DNA of 43,926 nucleotides from Octopus bimaculoides (GCF_001194135.2 NC_068987.1:93521605-93565530), one strand, 5' to 3'; positions 12,099 to 25,860 are shown, counted from the stretch's first letter. Notes: generated by a model not told the origin, from the letters alone. Numbers and translations: made by a program.

Positions 12099-12860
12099 TA
12101 AACCTGGAAAAGTACAGGACAAGTTATTACACCTGCAAAAATTCAGGACAACTTATTACACCTGGTAAAGTACAGAAAAAGAAATTTTTTACTTAAAATA
12201 TTACAGTTAAGGATAAAATTTGAATATTAAAAATTATTTCATTTTTATTTAGGAAGTAACATTATAATTTAAAAAGGTACCATCATTTTGTTAGAATATT
12301 AACACACTAGAATGCTTAAGAAATGAGAGCCAGAAGAGCCAATATAGCTAAATGTTTACGCAAAGTAGAATAGTATATGTGGTAGGCAAATTCATTATGT
12401 AAAAAAAATAGGCAATAACTTAGGCAATAATTCAAGCAAATTTTATTTTGAATTTGTTGTTATAGGTAGATTTTACTATAATATAGAACTAATTTGTGTA
12501 TTATTCTATTTATTGTACTAGTTAATTATGTACTACTATTATTTTTATAAGGCAATTTCAAATTTCTAATTATTAATCAATAATTTAAAAAATGAATTTT
12601 TTAAAGTGCAAAAAATATTTTGAGATATTTAAAATTTTTAATAGAAGTAACTAGTTATAACATAGAAGTAATAACTTGTAATAAAAGGTTTAGTTATAAT
12701 AAAAGCAAGTAGTTTCTAAATATAAATATTTTATTTGAAATTTTATCATTGGCTGCAATATTTTATGTAAAACTTTTCTTGTTCTGTACTTTACCAGATG
12801 TAATAAGTTGTCCTGAACTTTTCCAAGTGTAATAACTTGTCTTGTAATTTTCCAGGTTTA
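12099..12860. mobile_element. Non-autonomous DNA transposon (MITE/foldback-like) with ~86-bp terminal inverted repeats
   Basis: Arms 12099-12184 and 12775-12860 are reverse complements (7 mismatches in 86 bp by hand). Each arm is built from ~2.6 copies of a 29-bp unit. Termini TA-AACCTGG...CCAGGTT-TA; very AT-rich non-coding interior. Confidence 0.85.
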
Positions 12861-13323
12861 TAATCTTAAGAATATTATTTCTCTTGCTCGCAATTTTCCA
12901 TGTAATACAAAGATAGTTATATATCTATGTATGTATGCAAAAATGTAAACATGTGTGTATATATATTATCAAATAAGCATAACAATGTGTTGAGTTATTT
13001 GGCGAGCAGATGTTTGATTGCAGTACAATTTCCTCTTTGTTTCTCTCTTACATTTTGTAATATATACGACTCGTATCTATGTTTCTATTCCTTCAGCCTT
13101 TACTAACGACAGTTAAGACTGATCCCCTTTCCTGACATTTGTTTTTTTTTTTATAAAAGTAATATTTTGATATTAAATTCTCTGTCTGATGAGATCGAAG
13201 GAGGGAAAATAAAGACGACTGAAATCAAATACCCACACATCACACATACTCACACACACACACATACACTCGCACACACACATACACATTCACACGCACA
13301 CACAAACATACTCAAACGCACAA

Positions 13324-13372
<49 letters not shown>

Positions 13373-14319
13373 AACAGTACGAGATAGAGCAAAAGAGAGA
13401 GAGAGAGAGAGTGTGTGTGCGTGTGTGTGTGTGAGTATGTTTGTGTGTGCGTGTGAATGTAATGGAAGACAGTGGTAACATTCATAATGGCATTGAATTC
13501 CATGTCTCCTTTAAAGTGTAAAGGATACCAATCTCTACACCAATCTCTACACATTCATGCGTCCAAATTAGTAACCTTACTATTTATGCTAACACACATA
13601 CTTACACTCATAAATATGCGAGAGAAAGATTTAGTTAGATAGATCGATAGATAAATACATAGATAGATATACTAATACACATGTACATATGTATGTGTGT
13701 TTATGTGCGTGTGTGTGTACACCGTTCTCAATTGCAAATTCGGCGTCACCAAACTTTATCCGATACACGATCTTTAAATGAACCAACAATCAATTAATGT
13801 AATCACGTCCTCGAAATTTCTGTCTCTTTTAGTGTCTGCCTGTCTTTCTCTCTCTGATTCTGTAGCTCCCTCCTTCACTATATCTCTCTCTTTTTCTTTC
13901 TGTATCTATCGTATTCTTTGTGTCGGGTGGAATGCTGTGTGGTATATAAGAAACGTCAATAAGGATGGAAATTTATTCTGAGCAATGTGGACGCCACTCA
14001 TACGTCGAAGGCGAAATTTAACAAATCATAACAAATTAAGTTAATGTATCGGAGCTCTTTCAGATGAGTTATGCAACAGCTAGCAGGGTGTTAACAATTT
14101 GACTGAGAAGTCACATGAATTGAACAGAACCATCTATTGAATGATGGGAGACAATCGCTAGACTGTAATTATATGTAATCCTAGAAATGTATCATTATTA
14201 AAATGAATTCCTGGAAGATATCTGCAAAAGTGAATTTGANNNNNNNNNNGGTGGTGGTGGTGGTGGTGGTGGTAGTAGTAGTGGTGGTGGTGATGTAGCT
14301 ATCAAGCTAGTACATGTTA

Positions 14320-15370
14320 ATTTAATTAGCAGAATTACTCTCTTGAAGTTTGGGTGCAAGTGACCTTATCTCAAGAAGCTTTCTTACCATTCTTGCAGAA
14401 TATACGATGGTACTTTTCTACATGTCGACAATGCGAGTTTCAATTCCAGTATCCTTCAGCCTTTTAGGTAACACTTTGGTTGTGCCAAGTGCAATCATTA
14501 CCACAGGAATAACTCTTACTTTAATCTCTTCAGCACCTTATGTTTCTCAAAGTTTTGAATTTCGTTTGTATCCCTTTTGTTATCATAGGAAATTGCAAAC
14601 TCTATTATCTCACACTGTTTGTTTATTTTCCCCCCTATAATTGTATCTGGTCTTTTCTTGCTTCCGTAGTATGGTTAATCTTTATGGGAAAGCCCCGTAA
14701 TATCCTGCGATTCTCATTCTCTCGTAGAACATCTAGTTCATATTCATACCAATTTCTTGTTTTGAATCCAAACCCTCAGAGAACATATCAGTGCCATCTA
14801 TTAATTTGACAGTCAAGCCTGCGCTTTCAAACCTTTTTACGCTAGTTTACTGTATTACGAAAAGAGGATTGATACTTTCTTTACCATTCCTGCAGTTTCT
14901 TCATTTGCTCTTCTGAATGATTTTGTCGATATTTGCCTTTATCAGAATCATCTTAATGTCTTGATCCACGAGCGGCTACAATTAATGTTTCAGTCTCTTG
15001 TTTCAGTTTTCCGTTCGTCAGTCAGAGCTTGCACTCTTTATTTTCAAATGTCTTCGTTTGAAATTATGTATTCACCATTTTCAAATATGTTTTGGCCATA
15101 TGTATTTTGAATTCCGTTACTGTTTCAGTAAACCGTGGACGTGTCTGGCTGCCGATATTTTTCTTTCTCCACTCCGCAAAACGTAATATTTGAAACCCAA
15201 TATCGCGATACGAATGGTATCATCTGCGTTAAGTAATTCTCTTCTCCGACAGAGTCTATTACCTTTTAGGGCAGAGTGCGTGGTACAAGGTGAGCAGCTT
15301 TCTAGTTCTCTTATTGCAGTTCTGTAGCTCGACGTTTGAACATTTCAGAAAAGGATTAGCGCCCCTTAGA
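14320..15370 (-). mobile_element. R4/Dong-clade LINE, decayed RT-thumb to RLE region (lineage C)
   Basis: Minus-strand pieces: RKLLTLYHALCPK; LTNGKLKQETETLIVAA; IKANIDK; VLRENENRRILRGFPIKINHTTEARKRPD; KQCEIIEFAISYD; KVRVIPVVMIALGTT...STIVYSARMVRKLLE. Many stops and frameshifts. Confidence 0.8.
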
Positions 15371-15381
15371 TTGCCTAAATG

Positions 15382-15900
15382 GTTGTTGTTGCTCTTGTTA
15401 TTGAGTGAGAGAGCAGTGCATGCAATCAAAGTCAACTGGGGTACAAAAATACGGATCCAATATACACGTCATGGCTACCTGTCTGACAAGGGAACACTAG
15501 GTACTTCTATCACAACAATATGTGAGCGACTTGGTGATCGTATATCAGGATAAACAGTTCATGACCTTGTAGGGGTCCAGTTAGAATTTTCTTCAGTGTG
15601 AGTAGCCCATACCACTCAAAAGGTCCCTCAATAAGGGTTATTTAAGGATGATGAACAAAACGCCCATGTTTCAAGAGGTGAATTATCAAAACCCCAAACA
15701 GATTTCACTCAACACAAGGCTATGATACTCTCCCAATACTCCTGCTTGTCATCAGAGATGCAATTATCGTCAGTCACCAAGAGATATGCTCCACTGGTTA
15801 ATGTGAAACAAATAACATGTACATCTGTGATATTGAACAGAAAAATTACTGTAGCCCATCTTTTGCACCAAGACAAAATATGTACATGATAACACTTCCC
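15382..15900 (-). mobile_element. ~560-bp element, copy 3 (5'-truncated, degenerate tail)
   Basis: ttattgagtgagagagcag at 15398-15416 is the reverse complement of the element 3' end; the body matches copy 1. Confidence 0.85.
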
Positions 15901-16044
15901 TTCAAATAAATGCACATTAAAGCCCCAGTGGGTCCTTTTATTCTCCTTTCTGCAGCCATTGCCAGGTTCTATTCCAATCAATCTCATCTTTATTCTTCAA
16001 GAACTGACTGTACATTTTCTTGTCCTGCCAAATTTTCTTCATCT

Positions 16045-16045
16045 G

Positions 16046-16137
<92 letters not shown>

Positions 16138-16158
16138 ATCTCCCTCTCTCTCTCTCTC

Positions 16159-16197
<39 letters not shown>
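16045..16197. repeat. (CT)n microsatellite
   Basis: Visible; representative of many CT/GA, CA/GT, TA and tetranucleotide tracts across the window that generate the SLSL, HTHT, CVCV and IYIY ORFs. Confidence 0.97.
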
Positions 16198-16200
<3 letters not shown>

Positions 16201-16280
16201 TTTTCTTAAATTGTATTGAATCTACGTCTTTGTTCACTTTTAAGGTTCCGTGTATTTTCAATTATTTCTTCCTTACTCTA

Positions 16281-16334
<54 letters not shown>

Positions 16335-16548
16335 TGTAGCTGTCATTGTTGATACAAAATAACTAATTATAACAATAATATATAAGTCAATAAAAACGTT
16401 TAAATACGTGTAGAATTAGTCGACAAAATGAAACAGCTGTAAGCAACATGCATTTTTGTCTGCTAGTTTATTGTCTACGAATATTAGTAATTTACTATAC
16501 ACAATACATTCTCACACACCAGAGTGCATCACCAACCTCCACCCTTTG

Positions 16549-16620
<72 letters not shown>

Positions 16621-16702
16621 TCACACATATACGTATATGCGCATGAATGTGTTACACGGATGCATTCCTGCATTCTCTAAACAAGTATATGTATGTATTT
16701 GC

Positions 16703-16775
<73 letters not shown>

Positions 16776-16954
16776 TGGGGAGAGAGAAAAAGAGAGAGAG
16801 AGAGAGAGAGAGAGAGTTTTACTGTAGACATTTTGATATTTCAAATTTCATTTGGTGCCAGTTATTTCAACTCTTCACTCAAGAGATTCCAATTATTCTC
16901 TTTCTACTCCCAGTATATGTATTTATAATGTAATATATATGCGTGTGTATGTTG

Positions 16955-16996
<42 letters not shown>

Positions 16997-18216
16997 ATAT
17001 CATATACGAGTGTTTTAGAAGTTGATTAAATTGTTATCTAATACAGAACTCGTCGAGTTGCCGATTCAAATAATCCATTTTCTTTGATACATAAGAAAAG
17101 TTACAGTTACCTATTTGTTTTCTCGTTTAGGTTCAGTCAATTGTAGCAGACGCATAATTGCCACATGTTGCGGGGCGAAATTCTTAGACTCTTTTTATTC
17201 ATTTATTTATCTATTTACTTAGTTTTTTGTAAATATTGTTTCAATATGTATATTATTTACACGACGTGGGAGAAAACGCGTTGTGGCGCCAGACCTATAC
17301 TCTTTGATAGAAAGGCATCAGAATGAAACGGAAAGGTTATTTTGGACAATGTACTCTTAGATATACAAAAACCATGGAATTGTCATGTATCGAATGTCTT
17401 TAAACAGAGTTCTTTTCGATGACGAATGATTTCTGACTTAACCTAGTTCTTCCATTGTATAAGCCATCAGTTTTGATAAGAAAACAACCCCAAAGACGAG
17501 CTTGTTAAGATTTGATCTCAGAATCTGTAAGTAAATAAGCCATCTATTTCGTTTGTCACATTTTATTTCTGACATTACAATAACAAAAACAATAAAAACA
17601 TAAATGATATTTGACCAATGGAGATATTTTAAGTTTGGGTGATTTCAGTATTTTGTTGGTTGTGATGTTGATAATGGTTATGTTGTGATTCTCTTTGTAG
17701 ACGATGGTTACCAAAAAAGATTTATAATTTCAACCACCCAAGTTAAGATAACCGCATCGTTTATTACGCTATATAGCATCTGGCACCACTTTCTGGACAA
17801 TGGGTTCTGTTTTAAATATAAAAACAAAAATTGATGATTTTGATAACGAAATTTGTGGAGATCGAAATTTGTGCAAAACAAATGCACAGTCAATATATAT
17901 TGGAACTGGTGCTGGTGCTGGTCGTGGTTATTTGGGTTTTTGCTTAGCACAAAGGTACCTTGCTTAAATACACACATAATCACAGACATTCCAGTCGTGA
18001 TCATCCCATTTATCCTTCATATCTAGAGCCCTTTTGAACACAGTACGGTGTTATCAGAGAGAAATTCAGCGATTATTTCTGGCAGTTGGAATAACCACAT
18101 ATGGATTCCATCTGGAATTGCAAAAATTGATTTCAATAAGGTTATGTTGCCGAGGTGAAGTTGCTATGTATTCTTTGAAATATTGATTGGTCAAATAGTA
18201 ATCGACGGCCAACAGT

Positions 18217-18397
18217 GAGCCGGATTTCACGGACAACATTAAGCCGAATTTCACGGACAACATTAAGGTAGATTTCACGGATAACATTAAACTGGATTTT
18301 ACAGAGAACATTAAGCCGGATTTCATTAACAACAATAAGCCGGATTTCACGAAAACATCAAACTGGATATCACGGACAACATTAAACCAGATTTCCC
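18217..18397. repeat. 24-bp minisatellite, ~7.5 diverged units (aagccggatttcacggacaacatt)
   Basis: Units read directly; translate as KPDFTDNI (+) or VKSGLMLS (-); one unit has a 1-nt deletion. Confidence 0.9.
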
Positions 18398-19058
18398 AAA
18401 CTGAAACCATGGACACATTTTCAATATCTGTACAAAATATAACAATTGCATTTGGCTCTTGGTGCTAATGCTATTGGGAAAGGCATGCTTGTCATAGCTC
18501 TGATTTGAACTCGGTTAAAAATGCGTATATATCACAACGAGGCTAGTATTGATCGCTAAAACTATTGGCGATTGCGTTGATAATGCATGTAAGGTTGTCT
18601 GTCTCGCTGAATCTATTCGTGGTAATGGTAGATTTAATGTTCCATTGGTTTTACTCTTAAGCGATGCTGGTTGTAATGAATGGATCTGTTGGTGTTAATA
18701 ATGTCGATACAGATTAGTGGAGATGGTGTTAAATGTAATAGTAGTGACAGCAGTGGTGTTATATAAGTAGTTTTGGTATTATTTGTTAATGTTGTAGTGG
18801 TGGTGACTATAGCGAGGTGGGGATTAAATTGTTTTGGTATTAGTAATGTTTATTGTTAAAGCTTGTGGAAATGATGGATGAGATGAATGTGATATCGGTG
18901 GAAATGAGATGCTGACGGTGTTTAGAGCGGTTCAGAATGTTTGTTGCAGTGACAACAGGCGAGGGCGAGAAGTGGATTTGAAGCAGGTGTTTATGATGTT
19001 ACAAATATATTATATATTGTCGTAGTTATAGTCTATTTATTGGGTTTGGGGCTATTTA

Positions 19059-19138
<80 letters not shown>

Positions 19139-20137
19139 ATTATATGACAGTATGCGTTTAATTATATTAGATGGTGATTGTGGAGTTTGTGCTGTTTTAT
19201 CGGTGATCACTGTTGTGTTTGCCTAAATAGATTTATCTTCAGGGACTAATTCTATGCTTCGAAAACCATTCCCTCAGCCTTCTTCAATACCATTTTCGTT
19301 AAACACGGACAGCTGTCATTCTCATCTACGTAATAAGAAATAAGAATAAAATGAAAAACATTGCACAAAACATCATCTTCGTTCCGAACGTTGAAACGGT
19401 TCTACTACAATAGCTACCAATGATTAAAAATATATTTGGCATCTTTGTAATCAGTAGGAAAAGATTCTGAATGTGTATATTCTGAGCATCTCTTGTGGTA
19501 CTGTTCGACTTAAGATTCGAACTTCTGAGCTGCCATGATTCATCTAGGAGCGTTTATTTCCCTTACAAAAACAGCTGCCAAGGTACACCACATGTTCCAA
19601 TGAATTCTTTTTTTTCTTTTTTACCACATTTTACGGTTTTCTCTTTTTAAGTTCTACAAAACTTTACGGAGTTCAACATTTATTTCCTCCTGAAGGAAAA
19701 AAAACGTACTTTTTCTAAGACAAAATTGAAATGTAAACTATTTTTCTTTAGTTCTGCTACCTCCGCGACATGTATCAATCGATCTTCTCTCTTTCTTTTC
19801 CAGTGAAACCACGCCACGTCTGATTATCGATGCATATTTTTGTTAATTGCCAACTTCCTCATTTCCCTATCGGTATCGGTCATTTAGCAGCAGTAGCAGC
19901 AGCAACAACAGCAGTAGTTATAGTAGTTTACATTGATAGCTCATGTAACATATCTTTATGACAAAAGTAGTTACTTGACGAAAAACAAGTTTGAAAGTGA
20001 AACGTTAAAGTAACCCCAAGCAATACAACAATGCATGACACCTCGCGAAGAAAAGGGCGTCGAAAAGGAAGGGACAGGACACCAAAGTAGAATTATATCA
20101 AATTTCAAAGAATGACATAATTCCTGCATAAAAGAAA

Positions 20138-20220
<83 letters not shown>

Positions 20221-20221
20221 C

Positions 20222-20836
20222 ATGTTGTTGTTTTGTTTTTCTTCTTTCTTCAAATTTTCTTCCATTTCTCACCGAGTGTTTTCCGTACACCTAAGGCAGA
20301 GGAACTCGGTGTATGCATTCCCAGTTTACACACGCAAATTCACAGGTAAAACATGCATTGAAGAAAAAAAAAAATTTCATGAATGGATGTTTTCACAGCG
20401 ATAATGCTCTTCTCAGTAAATGAATCGTTCCAGTTAGCACGATTTTTTGCACTTCCTGTAGGGATGGTAAGCTTGGTATCATTTTCAAATAGGTTTCAGT
20501 ACCTTTTTTTATCATTCCTAGAGATCCTACAATCACTGGTATGGTAGTCGCCTTGAGGTGCCACATTTTTTCAATTTCTATTAGCAAGTCTTTATATTTA
20601 CTGATCTTGTCAAATTCTTTCGCCGCTATATTATGATCAGAGGGAACACTAATGTCAATTAATAAACAGGTCTTCTTTGTCTGATCTTTTATAATAATAT
20701 CCGGTTTATTAGCTTTTATAGCCTTGTCAGTATATACGGGGAAATCCCAGAGAATCAATACATTTTCTCCCTCAGTCACAGCTTCAGGATGGTGTTTATA
20801 CCATTCGTCAGCGGTTTTGATTTTATAATGCTGACA
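20222..20836 (-). mobile_element. R4/Dong-clade LINE 3' portion with RLE (PD..D) domain (lineage A, copy 2), embedded in (TAA)n
   Basis: Uninterrupted frame CQHYKIK...WYKHHPEAVTEGENVLILWDFPVYTDKAIKANKPDIIIKDQTKKTCLLIDISVPSD...KEFDKISKYKDL...RRALSL*. (AAT)n lies on both sides (20140-20222 and 20837-20897). Confidence 0.92.
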
Positions 20837-20893
<57 letters not shown>

Positions 20894-21336
20894 TATTATT
20901 GTTGTTGTTGTTGTTGTTTTTGTTGTTGTTGTTGTTGTTGTTGTTATTTGTATGACGTCCATCCAGTTTTACAATTGTACATAACAATGCTGATTTCGAG
21001 ACTATTCCAAGAAAATATTCGGATACTTATTGATGTCTGTTCGTAGTAAAAGGTAATTTTAATTGATTATTTTTTTTTAATTTTGTTTGGGTTCGTTTCA
21101 TGTTTACTACATCTATTTACTTATTAATTTATGTGTTTATTTGTAGGTCTTTATTTTAATTTAGTCTTTCCTTTTATCATTTCTGCTCTTCAAATTTAGT
21201 AAAAAAAAAAACAGAAGACAATCGATGCAACAATTTCAGTGAGTATATATTTTTGTAAAACTTAAACAGCGCATTGATTGAAAACAAAGAAGAACACAAT
21301 CACACAGGAACTCATTAACCTTCTGCCTTCCCTGCC

Positions 21337-21445
<109 letters not shown>

Positions 21446-22031
21446 AACAAATAATAAATGAGTATATGCACATATGCGTACAGGTGTGTGCTTACCTAGG
21501 TCTACCTGTATATATATAGGTGCATATCTGGGTACAGGACATTGCAAACAAAANNNNNNNNNNGAGGGAGAAACAAAGGGAGGAAGTAGAAGAATAGGTG
21601 AGCAACGAGAGAAAGATTTGTAAAAGTACTAAACGAGTAAGTAGATATTGAAAATGAATAAGAATGAAAACGTCGCTTTTTTCAAACATTTTTGGGGTGC
21701 TTTAATTAATTTACATGTTTCGGTTTTTTGAAAAACCTTATCAAAAATGAATAAAAAATATGTGTGAACAGAAAAGGGTTATTAATAAAATAAAATTGAA
21801 ATTAAAATTAAGAATGTCATTCATATTTTACTGTTATTTCTTGCATGCGCACGTGGTCCTATCCTTGGACATGGTAATTTCAACCGGTTCTTTTAGTAGA
21901 TTATTACTGTCTGTTTTAGTAAATTGAATAGTGGTCAGGGAGGGATTCTAGGAGTGGTAGTTGTCAAATAACTAGCAGCAGTCATGGTAATAACAATAGT
22001 AGTAATAGTAGTAGTGGTGGAAGTTGTCATG

Positions 22032-22073
<42 letters not shown>

Positions 22074-22937
22074 NNNNNNNNNNNNNNNNNNNNNNNNNNN
22101 NNNNNNNNNNNNNNNNNNNNNNNNNNNNNNNNNNNNNNNNNNNNNNNNNNNNNNNNNNNNNNNNNNNNNNNNNNNNNNNNNNNNNNNNNNNNNNNNNNNN
22201 NNNNNNNNNNNNNNNNNNNNNNNNNNNNNNNNNNNNNNNNNNNNNNNNNNNNNNNNNNNNNNNNNNNNNNNNNNNNNNNNNNNNNNNNNNNNNNNNNNNN
22301 NNNNNNNNNNNNNNNNNNNNNNNNNNNNNNNNNNNNNNNNNNNNNNNNNNNNNNNNNNNNNNNNNNNNNNNNNNNNNNNNNNNNNNNNNNNNNNNNNNNN
22401 NNNNNNNNNNNNNNNNNNNNNNNNNNNNNNNNNNNNNNNNNNNNNNNNNNNNNNNNNNNNNNNNNNNNNNNNNNNNNNNNNNNNNNNNNNNNNNNNNNNN
22501 NNNNNNNNNNNNNNNNNNNNNNNNNNNNNNNNNNNNNNNNNNNNNNNNNNNNNNNNNNNNNNNNNNNNNNNNNNNNNNNNNNNNNNNNNNNNNNNNNNNN
22601 NNNNNNNNNNNNNNNNNNNNNNNNNNNNNNNNNNNNNNNNNNNNNNNNNNNNNNNNNNNNNNNNNNNNNNNNNNNNNNNNNNNNNNNNNNNNNNNNNNNN
22701 NNNNNNNNNNNNNNNNNNNNNNNNNNNNNNNNNNNNNNNNNNNNNNNNNNNNNNNNNNNNNNNNNNNNNNNNNNNNNNNNNNNNNNNNNNNNNNNNNNNN
22801 NNNNNNNNNNNNNNNNNNNNNNNNNNNNNNNNNNNNNNNNNNNNNNNNNNNNNNNNNNNNNNNNNNNNNNNNNNNNNNNNNNNNNNNNNNNNNNNNNNNN
22901 NNNNNNNNNNNNNNNNNNNNNNNNNNNNNNNNNNNNN

Positions 22938-22979
<42 letters not shown>

Positions 22980-22981
<2 letters not shown>

Positions 22982-23075
22982 TCTTTACTCTCTTTTACTC
23001 TTTTACTTGTTTCACTCATTTGACTGCGGGCATGCTGGAGCACCGCCTTTTAGTTGAGCAGATCAACCCCAGGAC
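22980..23075 (-). mobile_element. SINE-like 3' end
   Basis: cttgtttcactcatttgactgcgggcatgctggagcacc is the reverse complement of the motif at 36710-36760 (gtgctccagcatgaccgcag...tgactgaaacaaataaaaga). Confidence 0.6.
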
Positions 23076-23911
23076 TGACAGAAAATGGAATAAAGAGAAG
23101 CTTCTCGTATATTCTATTTTCCGTTTCTATCAATTGTTATATACTCAACGAATACTGAGGAATTCCTGAAGTGGATTCAGTGACAGTTTTGTAAATACCG
23201 TGGATGACGTCAGATAGCCATAGGCAGTGGGTGTGCTTCAACAGCTTTCTACTAGGAAATACTTAAAAAATTACACACGCGTGCGCGTGTGTGTGCTTTA
23301 AGAGTGCATACAAGACATGGCCGTAAAGAATTTACATTTTTGAAAATGTTTTCATGGACAGAAAAAGTTATCAGATGTTGTTCCGAAGCTGTTATTTATT
23401 GGTTATTGAATAACCTTTGTAATTGTGTCCTTCTCTTTCTGAACACACATATCTTATACTGATAGTATATATACCGCTGGCAAACACATAATGATATACA
23501 TTTGAGTAAGTGTGGAGTACTGCATCACAGCAAGAATAATTTATAAAAGTTTTATGTTTATAATTGATGATTCGATATCAAAAATTTAGTTAAGACCTTA
23601 ATAAGAGTGGTTTGATAAACACTGTTTCTGTGAACAATTCTTTAAATTCACTAAATTCAAGACATCAGATACAAAATAGTCAGGAAGATCGATTTGTTTA
23701 TCTCTGTAAAAATATTGTATTTGATCTTGAGGTCATTACATATGTCTATTATAGAGAAATATAATATAAACGATGGTTAAAATCGATAATCTGTGTAGTG
23801 TATATTAGCATTGAAACTTAACATTGTTGAATAACAAATGATTTAGTAAGAAACACACAAACATTAATGTATACCTATATGTGTGTATGAAAGCGTATGT
23901 GTGTATGTAAG

Positions 23912-24031
<120 letters not shown>

Positions 24032-24134
24032 TTTCGTCTTTTGCTTGCTTGATTCAGCAATTGGATTGCAGCCCTGCTGGTCCTCCACCGTGAAGAATTT
24101 TAGTCGAACATATTGGGAGTAGCAATTATTATTT

Positions 24135-24355
24135 TATGCCTGGCACTTATTCAATCAGGCTCTTTTGCTGTATCACTAAATCATGTAAACGTAAACAAAC
24201 GCACACCAGTTGTCAACCTGTGACGGTGGTTTAACACAGACACAAATATATTCAAATATGCAAACATATACATACATATACATACATACATACATACATA
24301 CATACATACATACATACATACATACATACATACATACACACATACATACATAAAT
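24135..24355 (-). mobile_element. SINE-like body with internal (ATAC)n tract
   Basis: ctggcacttattcaatcaggctcttttgctg...aacacagacac is the reverse orientation of the repeat body at 36250-36380. Confidence 0.5.
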
Positions 24356-24364
24356 ATATATTTT

Positions 24365-25860
24365 GATAGGTTTCGGCCTGTATTGGCCCAGGCCATGTCT
24401 ACCTTAATAGCACCACCTGGCAGAGTCATTCAAATCAGAAATCGGACAACATGGCCCACACAAGGAAAGTTATTGTTTGCGGAGATATATCAGGGGGTAG
24501 GATGGTTTTCTGGGATTTTTGGAAGGAATTTGTTCAAATACTTCTTGAAGTTTATAGGGTCTGTTTCTGCTTTAATGTGGTTTGGTGTAATATTAAAGAG
24601 AGCGGAACCAATTAAGGTGAAATAATTTTGCCATATTGTTGTTATGAGATGCGAGTGTGATTTATGTTGTGGGTGGATAGCACGGGGCCCAAGTCTTGGG
24701 TGTATCTTAAAAGCGAAACCAACATCATTTGGGCAATGCTCATGGAATATTTTCCACATCATTCAGATGATGTAGTGCTCCCGGTGGCGTTGGGGAGAAT
24801 AAAGATTGAGCTTTTCAAATCGACCCCAAAGTGAAGGCCTGTCATGCCATCTATTTTTTCGTAATTGACCTTTGTGGTGCTTCAAATTTCATGATACTTT
24901 GTTTCGTGTGGGGAGACCACAGTGGACAACTTTATTGTAGGTGGGGACGGCCAAAAGTGGAGAGAGGAGGATAATGGTGTGGATATCTCTCGACTGGAAA
25001 GTTCTGAGAGTCCAGGAACCCTTTTTGCGGGCAATGTCATCTTTGCTGATTATATGAGCGACCCAGCTTATTATGTTGATCTCCTAAGTATCTGGTGTTG
25101 TTAAATGTCATGAGAGTTTCACCTGAAGGAAGTATGGTAGTTTCAGGGTATTTTTCGAAGTGGATTAACTCAAATTTGTCCTCGTTCAGCAGCATATTAT
25201 TCTTGGAATCATCTCGAAAGATTCTTGTTACTGTGCTTCATAATATCAGTAATGTTATTGATATAGATGATGAAAAGAAGTGGGTTTAACAGAGAACCTT
25301 GTGGGGCACCAATACTGACTTTGGCATGATTTTACTCCTTCGACTACAACGTCTTAGTTGTCAGGAAACACCTGTCAGGAAACACCTGTCAGGAAACACC
25401 TGTCAGGAAACACTTGATCCATTGTAGTAACTTTCCAGAGACACCAATGTTGGATAGTTTTTCTAAGAAGATCTTATGATCCACCCTGTCAAAGGCCTTA
25501 CTGAAATCAAGGTAGATGACAGCAGTATTCGAGTTCCTAAAATGCTATCAAGTGATCCAGGAGCTGCGTTTAGCAGTTTCTTCTATTACGGAACCCTGGG
25601 TTATCTGTGATCTCACCACCCTCTCAAATACCTTGATGATATGAGAGGTGAGTTAAATCGGCAAGGGACGTGTTTCCCTTTCTGAAAACTGGGACAATAG
25701 ACTGGGACAGAAAGTTCTCAGGAATATAACCAGAATCCAGTGAGTTCCTCTATAAATTAGCAAGAAGAGATGCAAGTTGGTGTCGACACACTTTCAGGAC
25801 ACAAGCAGAGAACATATCAGGGCCTGCTGTTGAATTGTGGTTGAAGGAACCTTGGACTTT
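24365..25860 (-). mobile_element. CR1/L2-type LINE: decayed reverse transcriptase domain and intact-looking 3' end
   Basis: Minus strand reads TAGPDMFSACVLKVCRHQLAS...SIVPVFRKG; AVIYLDFSKAFDRVDHKIFLEKL; GAPQGSLLNPLLFIIYIN; and the C-terminal NYFTLIGSALFNITPNHIK...FKKYLNKFLPKIPENHPTP. The 3' end ggccgaaacctatc runs into (ATGT)n. Confidence 0.9.

Noticed and set aside
13185-13200. CTGATGA-GATC-GAAG hammerhead-like core
   Set aside because: Lacks A15.1, stem III and a cleavage triplet.
16430-16443. GAAACAGCTGTAAG identical to the 3' half of the 40284 hammerhead
   Set aside because: No CUGANGA core or stem II upstream; chance match or unrecognisable remnant.
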